NCBI GenBank assembly: GCA_019056785.1
Contig: DXJV01000068.1
Location: forward strand, 81,670-145,669
From: Candidatus Heimdallarchaeota archaeon
GTDB taxonomy: Archaea > Asgardarchaeota > Heimdallarchaeia > JABLTI01
Reading direction: 5' to 3'
DNA length: 64,000 nucleotides
Of the stretch, positions 20,223 to 30,051 are shown in pieces; the first letter of the stretch is position 1; each line of letters begins with the position of its first letter. Below the pieces are notes generated by a model, which worked only from the letters and a program-made list of their open reading frames with translations, was not told the origin of the DNA and did no database searches. Position numbers and translations under genes: made by a program.

Positions 20223-20645
20223 CTAAAATTTGCTTGGACTATAAATGCCTAAAAACCGGTTATAATTCCCAATTAATTTGCCCTTTTCTTCTAGAAATAA
20301 AAACCAGTTGTGGATTTCTGCACGCAAAAGTACCATATTTGAAGCGAGTGTCTGGCGAGAATCCTCTGCAATATAGAGATTTCTAACAAAGGTGTATCCC
20401 ATCATTGTATATGCCTCTGAAAAGATTACATTTGATATTTGCTCGAGTGTTAGATCCCTGTCAGCGTTCAAAAGAACCCGGACAAATGCTCGCACTTGCC
20501 AAGTCATAAACTCTTTATATCTCTTGGCATATGGCCCCATCATTGCTTTAATGAACCCTCCAAGCGGGCTATTCGATATATCCGTTCGTTCCAAAGCATA
20601 GGGCATAAGAAATTCCTCTAATTCTAATGCTAGTTTCTCACTCAT
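20223..20645 (-). CDS. Hypothetical protein
   Basis: 140-aa ORF filling the gap, GAGGG SD-like upstream. Confidence 0.65.
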   Translation of the reverse strand: MSEKLALELEEFLMPYALERTDISNSPLGGFIKAMMGPYAKRYKEFMTWQVRAFVRVLLNADRDLTLEQISNVIFSEAYTMMGYTFVRNLYIAEDSRQTLASNMVLLRAEIHNWFLFLEEKGKLIGNYNRFLGIYSPSKF

Positions 20646-20910
20646 TATTGTCCCTCGAGTTGTTTAACTACTCAAATTGTTGTGTGTCATTTTTTCTTAT
20701 AAATCTTAGCTAATGTTGATAGCAGTTCTACAATTCATTCCGAATCTTTGGAAAGGACGTTTCAAAATCAATGGTGTCAAACTTTTTAACCTTTGATTGT
20801 CTTAACATTTAAATTGCCTTCTTCGTTTAAAATCTCTGAGGCAAAGTTTTGGGTGTAAGTTTTAAATATACGAAGTCCAAACAATAAACGAACGAATTTG
20901 AGGATTTTCC

Positions 20911-23595
20911 ATGGTTAAAGTAACCCCGATGCAAAGGCAATTCAATACTTTCAAACGAAAATATCCTGACTGCTTAATTCTGTTTCGAGTTGGCGATTTT
21001 TTTGAAATGTTCGGTGACGATGCGAAACTGGGCGCTAAAGTTCTGGGCATCACTCTTACTTCCCGTGCCGGTGAACCCCTTGCAGGAGTTCCGGTAAAAG
21101 CTGTTGATGCCTATCTCTCAACACTCGTTAAGCACGGTTACAAAGTTGTTGTCGTTGAGCAGTTGGAAGACGCCTCAGAGGCAAAAGGAATTGTAAAAAG
21201 GGGTGTGGTGCGTGTTCTCACTCCTGGGACGATCACAGAAACCACCATGCTCGAATCGAGCGAGAATAATTATATTGTTTCCCTTTTTGAAAAAGGGCAT
21301 AAGTACGGCTTGGCTCTTGCTGACGTTTCAACAGGAGAATTTCGCGTCACCGAATTTACTGGCAAAGATGCAGTTAATGAGCTTGCTATTGAATTAACAC
21401 GCATTGATCCTTCTGAGTGTTTGCTTCCCGAAAAACACACTTTCCATGAAAAAATTCTTGAAACACTCGATGGTGTCTTATTTACTCCCCTTGAAAATCA
21501 CCGCTTCTCTTATGACGCTGCTTATCAATTGTTAACTGAGCATTTTCAAACGAAAACACTAGAGGGTTTTGGCTGTGAAGATAAACCTTTTGCGGTCTCT
21601 GCTGCCGGGGCTCTCTTAGATTATTTGATGGAAACACAAAAAACAAAACTGGATAATATCCGTCAGCTCTCTTTGTATTCCACTAAGGGTTTTATGGTTA
21701 TTGACCAGACCTCTTTTCGAAGCCTTGAATTGACGAAGAATATCCGCGATAATTCTTCAAAAGGAACTTTAATTGAAATCTTAGATAAAAGCTGCACCTC
21801 AATGGGTGGGCGGTTTATTCGAAGACTTCTTCATAGGCCCTTATTGGATCCTAAGAAAATAAATGAGCGCTTAGATGCGGTAGATGAGCTTGTGAAAGAT
21901 TCTATCGCTCGGAAAGAGCTTCGCGCTGTTCTCCGAAACATACAGGACTTGGAGCGGCTTTCTAGTCAGATTTCTTTGCGTCGAGCGAACGCCAGAGATA
22001 TCATCTCAATTAAGAATTCTTTGAAAATAATCCCTCAGATTAAACAATTACTGGGAAAACTACATTCGAGCCCTATTGTCAGGCTCTCCACTGAACTTCA
22101 GCCACTAGCACCGCTTATTAAGGTGATAGAAAAAGCTATTAAAGACAATCCATCGGCCGCTTTGAAAGAGGGGAATATTATCAAAAACGGCTTTAATACT
22201 GAGTTAGATGAGCTCCGAGTTATCTCAGATGGCGGTAGAAAATGGCTCTTGAATTACGAACTTGAACAGAAAACAAAAACAGGTATTAAAGCTCTCCGGG
22301 TGGAATATAATCGTGTCTTAGGTTATTATATACAGGTTGGGAAGAATTACCTCAATCTCGTTCCGGACTCCTACGTTTTAAAGTCAGAGGTAACAAACGG
22401 GAAACGCTATATCACTCCTGAGTTGAAAGATTTCGAATCGAAAATTCTAAACGCCAAAGAGCAGATTAATGATTTAGAGTACAAGCTCTTTTGTGAAGTG
22501 CGTGAAAAAGTTCACTCGCAAATCGCCAAGATCCTCATTAATGCTGAAAAGATTGCCGAACTTGATTGTTACACCACCTTTGCTGAAGTGTCTCGAGAGA
22601 ACAATTATGTTCGCCCGACTGTGAATAATTCATTGAAAATTTCCATTACGCAAGGCCGGCACCCTGTTGTTGAAAAGCTTTTGAGTGACCATCCATTTAT
22701 CCCAAATGATGTGAAAATGGATAATGCGACAGACCAATTGCTCATCATTACCGGTCCAAACATGAGCGGTAAATCGACCTTCCTCCGGCAAGTAGCACTC
22801 ATTACTCTTATGGCTCAAATCGGAAGTTTCGTTCCTGCTGAGAAAGCTACTATTGGAATTGTTGATCGTATTTTTACCCGCATAGGTGCATCTGATGATA
22901 TTTCGAAAGGGTTGTCGACTTTTCTTGTTGAAATGAATGAGACAGCCAACATCCTGAACAATGCGACTAAACGAAGTTTAATCATTCTCGACGAGATCGG
23001 ACGTGGCACATCGACATTCGATGGAGTGAGCATTGCATGGGCAGTAGCAGAATATATTCATAATTCAAAAACGCTGGGTTCAAAAACACTTTTTGCTACT
23101 CATTATCATCAGTTGATTGATTTAGAGAGTTATCTCCCACGCGTTAAGAATTATCATATTGAGGTCAAGAGAAAAGAAGATCAAATTCTCTTTCTCTATA
23201 AAATCATGCCCGGTGGAACAGACAAAAGTTATGGAATTCAAGTGGCGAAACTCTCAGGCATGCCTCCACCCGTCATTAATCGCGCTAAGGAAATTCTTCA
23301 ATTTCTCGAACAACAAAGTAGCAAGGAAAATGCTCATGCGCAAAAACCTGCAAAAGGAGTGGTCATTCAAACAGATTTGTTTGGGCAAGTGGCCGGAAAC
23401 AAACCACTTGCTGAGACATCACTTTCCTCAGGCATTTTTGCTAAATCGCTTCGAAGTGAAAAGGATCGCATAAATGAGGAGATTGCCGAAGAGCTACTTG
23501 AAATTGACATTAACCAACTTACCCCTCTGGAGGCTCTTAACAAACTGCATGAAGTGAAAGAGCGCCTGAAGGAAAGTTATGAAAGAATGAGTTAA
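20911..23595 (+). CDS. mutS: DNA mismatch repair protein MutS (MutS1)
   Basis: FRVGDFFE mismatch-binding motif, TPGT, TGPNMSGKST, DEIGRGTS, FATHY, SYGIQVA. Confidence 0.98.
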   Translation: MVKVTPMQRQFNTFKRKYPDCLILFRVGDFFEMFGDDAKLGAKVLGITLTSRAGEPLAGVPVKAVDAYLSTLVKHGYKVVVVEQLEDASEAKGIVKRGVVRVLTPGTITETTMLESSENNYIVSLFEKGHKYGLALADVSTGEFRVTEFTGKDAVNELAIELTRIDPSECLLPEKHTFHEKILETLDGVLFTPLENHRFSYDAAYQLLTEHFQTKTLEGFGCEDKPFAVSAAGALLDYLMETQKTKLDNIRQLSLYSTKGFMVIDQTSFRSLELTKNIRDNSSKGTLIEILDKSCTSMGGRFIRRLLHRPLLDPKKINERLDAVDELVKDSIARKELRAVLRNIQDLERLSSQISLRRANARDIISIKNSLKIIPQIKQLLGKLHSSPIVRLSTELQPLAPLIKVIEKAIKDNPSAALKEGNIIKNGFNTELDELRVISDGGRKWLLNYELEQKTKTGIKALRVEYNRVLGYYIQVGKNYLNLVPDSYVLKSEVTNGKRYITPELKDFESKILNAKEQINDLEYKLFCEVREKVHSQIAKILINAEKIAELDCYTTFAEVSRENNYVRPTVNNSLKISITQGRHPVVEKLLSDHPFIPNDVKMDNATDQLLIITGPNMSGKSTFLRQVALITLMAQIGSFVPAEKATIGIVDRIFTRIGASDDISKGLSTFLVEMNETANILNNATKRSLIILDEIGRGTSTFDGVSIAWAVAEYIHNSKTLGSKTLFATHYHQLIDLESYLPRVKNYHIEVKRKEDQILFLYKIMPGGTDKSYGIQVAKLSGMPPPVINRAKEILQFLEQQSSKENAHAQKPAKGVVIQTDLFGQVAGNKPLAETSLSSGIFAKSLRSEKDRINEEIAEELLEIDINQLTPLEALNKLHEVKERLKESYERMS

Positions 23596-23627
23596 GCAAA
23601 AGGTTCGTTAAGCATTCGAAAGTCTTT

Positions 23628-24683
23628 TCATTTTTCTGAATTCTCAGCAAGCTCTTGTACATCCATTGTTTCTTGTTCGTCTTTTGATTCTTCCTCTGTC
23701 GTTTCTTTTTGAGCCGCACTATTTCGTAGTAATCGTTCTTTTTTTGCGCTATAAGTGGAAAGGATAATTGCACCGATTGAAATTATTACCAAGGCAACAA
23801 TTTTTCCAGCCATAAGCCCTAACTTATTCTCTGTGAAATAAAAGTCCCATTCCTCAAAAATTAAAATCCCCCCGAAGACAGGGATGATCATCGCCAAAAC
23901 TGTGAAAATTGGCGCTACGATAACTGCTTTCCCTCGTTGATAAGCGACTTGTAGATAGACTGTGGCAACGAAGTTAACAATAATCATAACAAACATCAAG
24001 AGCCACCAACTCCAAAGTTGGGAGGACGCTTGTAATTGTGTTTTATCTCTAAAATCTGCTCCCCCCATAAAGGCTCGGAGTAAAAGCGCCCCAAGTGCAT
24101 CTGTTATTCCAGCTGAGAGACCAAAAAGAATGTCCGCATTTCGATACTTTCTACTGATGCATAAAACGATCAAAAAAATTGATACTGCAAATGCTCCCAT
24201 TAAAAAAGCAATGGATTCAATTTTGGAAAGGCGCTCAAGAACATATTCAAAGCGCTCCAAAGGGTTGGTTGAGGGTGGTTCGCTTTCTTCTCTGGGGGTG
24301 GTTAGCCCCATTAAAATAATCCCTCCAATTATCGCTCCAACACCAAGAAATTCAATTTTAGAAATTGGTTCTTTAAGATAAAAATAGGCAAAAATGATTA
24401 ATGCCACCATGCCAAAACTCATCAAAGGGGTAATAATGGATACCGGGGCAAGATCCAACGCAAAAGATAATGATGCCCATTGAATTTGCACTAAGAGAAA
24501 ACCAATCAACCATGTTTTACAGGTAAGAAAATTTTTAATGTTTTGCCAAACGCTTTGCTCATTAATTTTTGGAAGCTTTGCTGCACCTTTTTTTTGCAAC
24601 CCCATACCAATGTTGAGCATAGAATAAGACAAAATGCCCAGAAAAATCGCCAAGATAACATCGTTTTTCATCAGATAAAGCAC
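23628..24683 (-). CDS. DMT-superfamily transporter, NIPA Mg2+-transporter-like
   Basis: About 9 TMs; GLQKKG, ALDLAPVSIITPL, YLKEPI, AYQRGKAVIVAPI, IFEEW. Confidence 0.75.
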   Translation of the reverse strand: MLYLMKNDVILAIFLGILSYSMLNIGMGLQKKGAAKLPKINEQSVWQNIKNFLTCKTWLIGFLLVQIQWASLSFALDLAPVSIITPLMSFGMVALIIFAYFYLKEPISKIEFLGVGAIIGGIILMGLTTPREESEPPSTNPLERFEYVLERLSKIESIAFLMGAFAVSIFLIVLCISRKYRNADILFGLSAGITDALGALLLRAFMGGADFRDKTQLQASSQLWSWWLLMFVMIIVNFVATVYLQVAYQRGKAVIVAPIFTVLAMIIPVFGGILIFEEWDFYFTENKLGLMAGKIVALVIISIGAIILSTYSAKKERLLRNSAAQKETTEEESKDEQETMDVQELAENSEK

Positions 24684-24860
24684 CGTTTAAATTTCAAGGT
24701 TATTAACTGTAAATGCTAAAGTGAAGTGTTTTTCTTCCTTTATCTTTTTTTCCTATACAAGATGAAAGTGTAACCCCTTTTGTTCGAATGCTTTTTTCTT
24801 CCAAGAAATACTGAATAGTTTAAAAACTGTGGAAACAATCTTTTTTTAAAGTGAGTAGTA

Positions 24861-26711
24861 ATGGTTTCTCGGAATCGAAGCATTATCCAACTTGACAAAA
24901 AAACAGTTAACAAAATCGCTGCTGGCGAAGTGGTTGAACGCCCTTCTTCTGTAGTGAAAGAATTGGTTGAAAACGCCATAGATGCTCAGGCAACTGAAAT
25001 TACCATTCAGATTAAGGGTTATGGTTTAGAAGAAATTCGTGTTATGGATAATGGCATTGGTATGAGTCGGGAAGATGCTAATATTGCTTGGAGGGAACAT
25101 ACAACCAGTAAATTACGAACCATTGATGATTTGAATTCTCTTTTCTCACTTGGTTTCCGGGGTGAAGCACTAGCAAGTATTGCTTCGGTTTCTGTGCTGG
25201 AAATCCTCACAAAACCACGCTCCCAATCAACAGGCACTTTTATTCGAGTAAAGGGCGGAGAGCTGGAGAAAACAGAAGAACGTGAGTGTGCACCCGGAAC
25301 GGCAATTTCTGTTAAGAACCTCTTCTTTAATGTCCCTGCCAGACGAAAATTCCTAAAATCTAGAACAACAGAATTAGGGCATATTATTGATGTTGCCACC
25401 CGTCAGGCGTTAATTCATCCTGAGATACATTTCAAATTAATGCACGAAGCAACTATCTTATTACATTCGCCGAAAAGCGATAATCCACTTGACCCTTTCA
25501 TTGAAATTTTTGGCGTGGAAGACGCAAAGAAAATGCTTCCAATTAATTACTCAGACGAGGGATTGGAAATCACCGGTTTTACCTCCTTCCCTGAATTGTC
25601 ACGTTCAACACGTGATTTTGAGTTCTTTTATGTTAATAAACGTCATGTGCGCAGTAGACTGCTCTCAGAGGCTGTAGAAGAAGCCTATAAAAGTTTGCTA
25701 ATGAAGCATCGGTATCCGGTTGTCCTCTTAAATCTGGCAATAGACCCATCACAAATTGATGTTAATATCCATCCCACAAAACGGGAGATTCGTTTTGATG
25801 ATACAAAAAAAATCTTTGGTCTTGTGACAAAAGCAATTTCTGCTGCCCTGTCCTCCAAAGAACTCTGGCGTGAAATGAGTGCATTAAAGAAAAGGCAAGA
25901 ACCTGCCGCATCTGAAGTCAAACAAGTTCTCCTTCCCTTCACACCATTAAAAGAAAGTGCCACGCCTATAAAAGCCCCATCAGAAATTACGGCTGTTCCG
26001 TCGCAATCAGAAAGGCAAAGCATCCATGCCCCCGCTCCCAATTTAGAGCTTCGTTTTAAACCTGGTGACAAGCAACAACAACAACAACAGTTGAAAACCG
26101 CCTCAACAATGGTAAAGTTTTCTGAAACATTCTGGATAAAACCTTTGGGGCAAGCGCTCAAATTATATGCTCTTTGTGAAACAAATGAAGGAATAGCAAT
26201 AGTTGATATTCATGCTGCTCATGAGCGCATCCGTTACGAGGAACTCCTACGTCGTTATAAGAAGGCAAAAATAAAGCAGCAAGAATTACTTCAACCAATC
26301 ACCTTTTCCCTAACAACTGAACAAGCTGCATTCCTCCAGGAATACTTGGATCATTTTAAAGCAATTGGTTTGTTACCTGAAAAGTTTGGCGGTAACACCT
26401 ACATTCTGCGGAGTCTTCCGGTAATTATGGACCTTACGCTAACAGAGGAAGATATAACGAATTTAATTGAAGAGGTCCGTTTAGAAATCCCGAAACTCTC
26501 TACCTTAAATGCTCGGATTGATTTGCTCCTTAAAACAATGGCTTGTCATTCAGCCGTACGCGGAGGAGATGCTATTACAACCGAGAAAATCGCTGAAATT
26601 TTGCGCCTATTGAGTGCTTGTGAGAAACCTTATACTTGCCCCCACGGGCGTCCAACCATTATAAAAATTTCTGAAAAAGCCTTAGAAAAAGAGTTCAGTC
26701 GTATTGTCTGA
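24861..26711 (+). CDS. mutL: DNA mismatch repair endonuclease MutL
   Basis: IAAGEVVERPSSVVKELVENAIDA, GFRGEAL, DVNIHPTK, DIHAAHERIRYE, ACH, CPHGRP. Confidence 0.98.
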   Translation: MVSRNRSIIQLDKKTVNKIAAGEVVERPSSVVKELVENAIDAQATEITIQIKGYGLEEIRVMDNGIGMSREDANIAWREHTTSKLRTIDDLNSLFSLGFRGEALASIASVSVLEILTKPRSQSTGTFIRVKGGELEKTEERECAPGTAISVKNLFFNVPARRKFLKSRTTELGHIIDVATRQALIHPEIHFKLMHEATILLHSPKSDNPLDPFIEIFGVEDAKKMLPINYSDEGLEITGFTSFPELSRSTRDFEFFYVNKRHVRSRLLSEAVEEAYKSLLMKHRYPVVLLNLAIDPSQIDVNIHPTKREIRFDDTKKIFGLVTKAISAALSSKELWREMSALKKRQEPAASEVKQVLLPFTPLKESATPIKAPSEITAVPSQSERQSIHAPAPNLELRFKPGDKQQQQQQLKTASTMVKFSETFWIKPLGQALKLYALCETNEGIAIVDIHAAHERIRYEELLRRYKKAKIKQQELLQPITFSLTTEQAAFLQEYLDHFKAIGLLPEKFGGNTYILRSLPVIMDLTLTEEDITNLIEEVRLEIPKLSTLNARIDLLLKTMACHSAVRGGDAITTEKIAEILRLLSACEKPYTCPHGRPTIIKISEKALEKEFSRIV

Positions 26712-26981
26712 GCTTTTTCTACCCTTTTTTTTTCAGTTTCTAGCTGAACCGTTCATGAACAGTTTGTTTGCTTGATAAATTGGTTTTTTAACAAAACGCC
26801 TACAAAAAAGACCATGCTGTTGTTTTTTTAATTAATTTTTTAGTTAATAAATGCATTAAATCATTAAGGTAAGGAAAAAATATATATGCATACATTCGAT
26901 AGAAGATTAACACTCAAATAAAGTTCCTTGAAAAACCAAGGAGCTAAATTTGGACAAAAAATATAGGAAGATGTTCGAATT

Positions 26982-28604
26982 ATGAAGAAGAGTAAAATTA
27001 TTGCTGCAATATTATTCCTTGCAATGTTTTCAAGCATATTTGTTGTGGCAAAAACCTACAAACCAATAATTACAACAAATGCTATTACTACTCCTGACAT
27101 TAGTGACGAACCTTCCGTTGAACCCAAAGCATGGACTCCAAAACCCCTTGGAAATAAAGGGATTTGGATCTACAACAACACAGGCGGCGCAATCACCACT
27201 GACGGTGATCTTTCAGATTGGGCCACTATCCCCAGAGATGTTTTCGGCGGTGTAACTGTCTATCTCGCATATGACGCCTCAAATGTGTATGTTGCATGCA
27301 CTTGGCAGGATTCAACAGAAGATGATGCTCTAAGTCATTGGAACAAAACCGGAATGCTCAATGGCTCTGCTGTCTGGGAACAATTAGCAGGCGCAGATGA
27401 CATGTTAGCTATCGGATTCGACAATGGAACCTACAAAGACACGTGGGTATGGACTCGTTCCATAAGAACCGATGGTGCTCATGCTTATGAGCCAGGTGAT
27501 GCTGGAACAAAACCATTCTTAAGAAATGCTGATGTAAATATTACAAAACCAATATATGACAACTCAACAAATCCAATTGTTGATGATACCGTGCTTCCAA
27601 ATGGAACAGTTTATGTTGGCTGGTTTGCACAAGCACCCACAGGAAGCCAGACTGATGTCTCCCTTGCTTATACCTATAACGCAACCGGTCACGAGATGTA
27701 TGTTGTTGAATTCTCCCGTGCCTTAGACACAGGTAATCCAGATGATATCGTCCTTAACTTCACTGACTTAACTGGCCAATCATTCTTCGTTGGTGCAGCG
27801 AATAAACAAGATTGTTTGTCCATGGATGTCGCGACTACTGCCTTCAGTTTAGCAGAAGGAAACGAAGCTGCAAGCCTCACATTTGATATCATTCCAAATG
27901 CTAATAATGTTGATGGCGCATTGTTGATCCATGGTACAGTCTATGATGACTACGCTGGTTGGGAGCTAACTGTTTACTTAGACGGTTGGTCAACCACTTA
28001 CTACCCAGGCTATTATGACGAGGCTGATGTTAACCTTGCGACTGGTAATTGGAGCTACTTGTTCTTCTATGATCAATGGGACATGCCCTTAGGTGATGAT
28101 AAAGTTCATGTAGTATTCTATCCGAAATACGAAGCCCCAATTCAATTCTACCAAAATGTGACCATTGTAGATAAAGAAGCTCCACAAATCCTCGGTATTG
28201 TCGATTTAGCAGAGCGCTATCCAGATGGAGTATCCATAAATGAGACAACTTATGTCACTGTTACAGTTGGTCTACAAGACAACTATTGGGAACGAGATGA
28301 CATTGAAGCTCATCTTTACAGCTATAAAGATGATGATGTCGCTCTTATGACTCCAATGGTTCATTTCGATCCTTTTGGTACGACCTTTAGTGCAAACATA
28401 ACCCTCACATACACTCCTGGTGCGCCAAACGAATACACCTACTTTGTTGATGCTTTTGATCCAGTACTCAATAAGGTACTTTCACAGAAGTTCTACTTCA
28501 AAGTAGTTGCTGAAGTTGGTGCCACACCTGGATTCGGCTTTATCGCAGCAATCGTGGGTCTCTTAGGAGCATCCGTTATCATCTACAAGAAATACAAGAA
28601 ATAA
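26982..28604 (+). CDS. Secreted surface glycoprotein with DOMON-like domain and PGF-CTERM-type sorting signal
   Basis: Signal peptide; DGDLSDW, VYLAYD..NVYV..TWQD, DMLAIGF, YVVEFSRAL; many NxS/T sequons; ends TPGFGFIAAIVGLLGASVIIYKKYKK. Confidence 0.75.
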   Translation: MKKSKIIAAILFLAMFSSIFVVAKTYKPIITTNAITTPDISDEPSVEPKAWTPKPLGNKGIWIYNNTGGAITTDGDLSDWATIPRDVFGGVTVYLAYDASNVYVACTWQDSTEDDALSHWNKTGMLNGSAVWEQLAGADDMLAIGFDNGTYKDTWVWTRSIRTDGAHAYEPGDAGTKPFLRNADVNITKPIYDNSTNPIVDDTVLPNGTVYVGWFAQAPTGSQTDVSLAYTYNATGHEMYVVEFSRALDTGNPDDIVLNFTDLTGQSFFVGAANKQDCLSMDVATTAFSLAEGNEAASLTFDIIPNANNVDGALLIHGTVYDDYAGWELTVYLDGWSTTYYPGYYDEADVNLATGNWSYLFFYDQWDMPLGDDKVHVVFYPKYEAPIQFYQNVTIVDKEAPQILGIVDLAERYPDGVSINETTYVTVTVGLQDNYWERDDIEAHLYSYKDDDVALMTPMVHFDPFGTTFSANITLTYTPGAPNEYTYFVDAFDPVLNKVLSQKFYFKVVAEVGATPGFGFIAAIVGLLGASVIIYKKYKK

Positions 28605-28786
28605 AGAAAGAACTAATCTTTCTTTTCTTTTTTTTATCTTTTTTGATTTTTATAGTAAGAGAGGTTAGAAGTTACCAGTAGGTATATTTCAAAAACTAGC
28701 CGAACTTTTTAAAGAGAAAAACCTTTTTTCGGAAGGATTAATAAGAAGTTAGGTATAGTAGTTTCTCTTAATAAAAGGAGTTTTAA

Positions 28787-29959
28787 TTGAAAATGTCCAA
28801 ACAAACAAAAGGTGCGAAAAGTAGCACCGGCTCGAAAAAAGCCACAACGCAAAAAAAGAGTTCGTCGACGAAAAAGTCCTCTTCCACCAAACAGACAGCA
28901 AAAAGTAAGGTAAGTACTAAGAAAACTTCGTCAACGAAAAAACAAGCTACTCAAACGAAAAAAGGTTTAGCTACAGTAAAAACCACTGTGAAGAAAAAAC
29001 CTCAAACAACAAAAAAAGTGGTTAAAAAACGGGCAACAACCAGGAAAGCAGAAAAAGAGGGTCCCTTAGACTTTTATTTAAAAGCAGGACAAATTTCTAT
29101 TAAAGTTAAGGAATTATTACGCTCCAAAGTTAAAATAGGTGCTTCGGTTTTAGAGATCTGTGAAATTGGCGAGGCGAAAATTAAAGAACTGGGTGCTAAA
29201 TGGGCTTTTCCTTTAAACGTCTCCATAAACAATGTTGCTGCTCACTATTCCTCTCCTCCTAATGATGATTTAGTGATTAAAAAAGGCGATGTAGTGAAAG
29301 TTGATTGTGGCGTTGAGGTTAATGGTTATGTTGCTGACACAGCTTTTACTATTTCGTTCAATAAGGACCTTGCAGACTTGGTAAAAGCCTCTCACGAAGC
29401 TACGAAAGCGGCTGTGGATCTTATCCGTCCGGGGATTACCACAGATAGACTTGGGCAAGAGATTGAGGATATTATTCGCTCCTACGATTTCAGACCAATA
29501 CGGGAGTTGAGTGGCCATCAATTGGACCAAAACACTCTTCACGGGCCAATAACAATTCCCAATGTTAAGGGAACAAAAGGAATCAAGCTCGTAGAAGGTC
29601 AGGCATTTGCTATAGAGACATTTGCTACAACGGGGACAGGGAAACTCGTTAAAGGAGAAAACAAGTGTTTTATTTTTCAATTAAATCCTGTGCAAATTCC
29701 TATTCGGCTTGACCCTGCCAGGAAAGCACGGAAGGTTATTCTTGCAAACTACTCCCATTTTCCATTTACTACACGCTGGATTGCTAAAGAATTAACGGTT
29801 TCCGCCGCAAAAATTGGTCTTACCTACCTGGCAAATAAAGGGCAAATCCATCGCTATCCGGTATTAAGTGACATCCGCGGGTCATTTGTTTCGCAATCTG
29901 AGCATACTGTTTATTTGACCGAAAAGAGCAGGGTAATCACTACACTGGAAAATCAATGA
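28787..29959 (+). CDS. map: Type II methionine aminopeptidase with Lys/Ser/Thr-rich N-terminal extension
   Basis: AFPLNVSINNVAAHYS, KVDCG, ADTAFT, LSGH, AIETF, QSEHT. Confidence 0.95.
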   Translation: MKMSKQTKGAKSSTGSKKATTQKKSSSTKKSSSTKQTAKSKVSTKKTSSTKKQATQTKKGLATVKTTVKKKPQTTKKVVKKRATTRKAEKEGPLDFYLKAGQISIKVKELLRSKVKIGASVLEICEIGEAKIKELGAKWAFPLNVSINNVAAHYSSPPNDDLVIKKGDVVKVDCGVEVNGYVADTAFTISFNKDLADLVKASHEATKAAVDLIRPGITTDRLGQEIEDIIRSYDFRPIRELSGHQLDQNTLHGPITIPNVKGTKGIKLVEGQAFAIETFATTGTGKLVKGENKCFIFQLNPVQIPIRLDPARKARKVILANYSHFPFTTRWIAKELTVSAAKIGLTYLANKGQIHRYPVLSDIRGSFVSQSEHTVYLTEKSRVITTLENQ

Positions 29960-30051
29960 GCATGTGTTCTACATACTTTTCCCCTTTTTATCTCCACAAA
30001 TGTTGTTTAGTTCTAACAAAGCTTTCTTAAATTCGGAACGTAAATTAATCT

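Noticed and set aside
26200-26245. MutL DIHA instead of DQHA as an inactive endonuclease
   Set aside because: The second position is known to vary (e.g. DMHA) and all metal ligands are present
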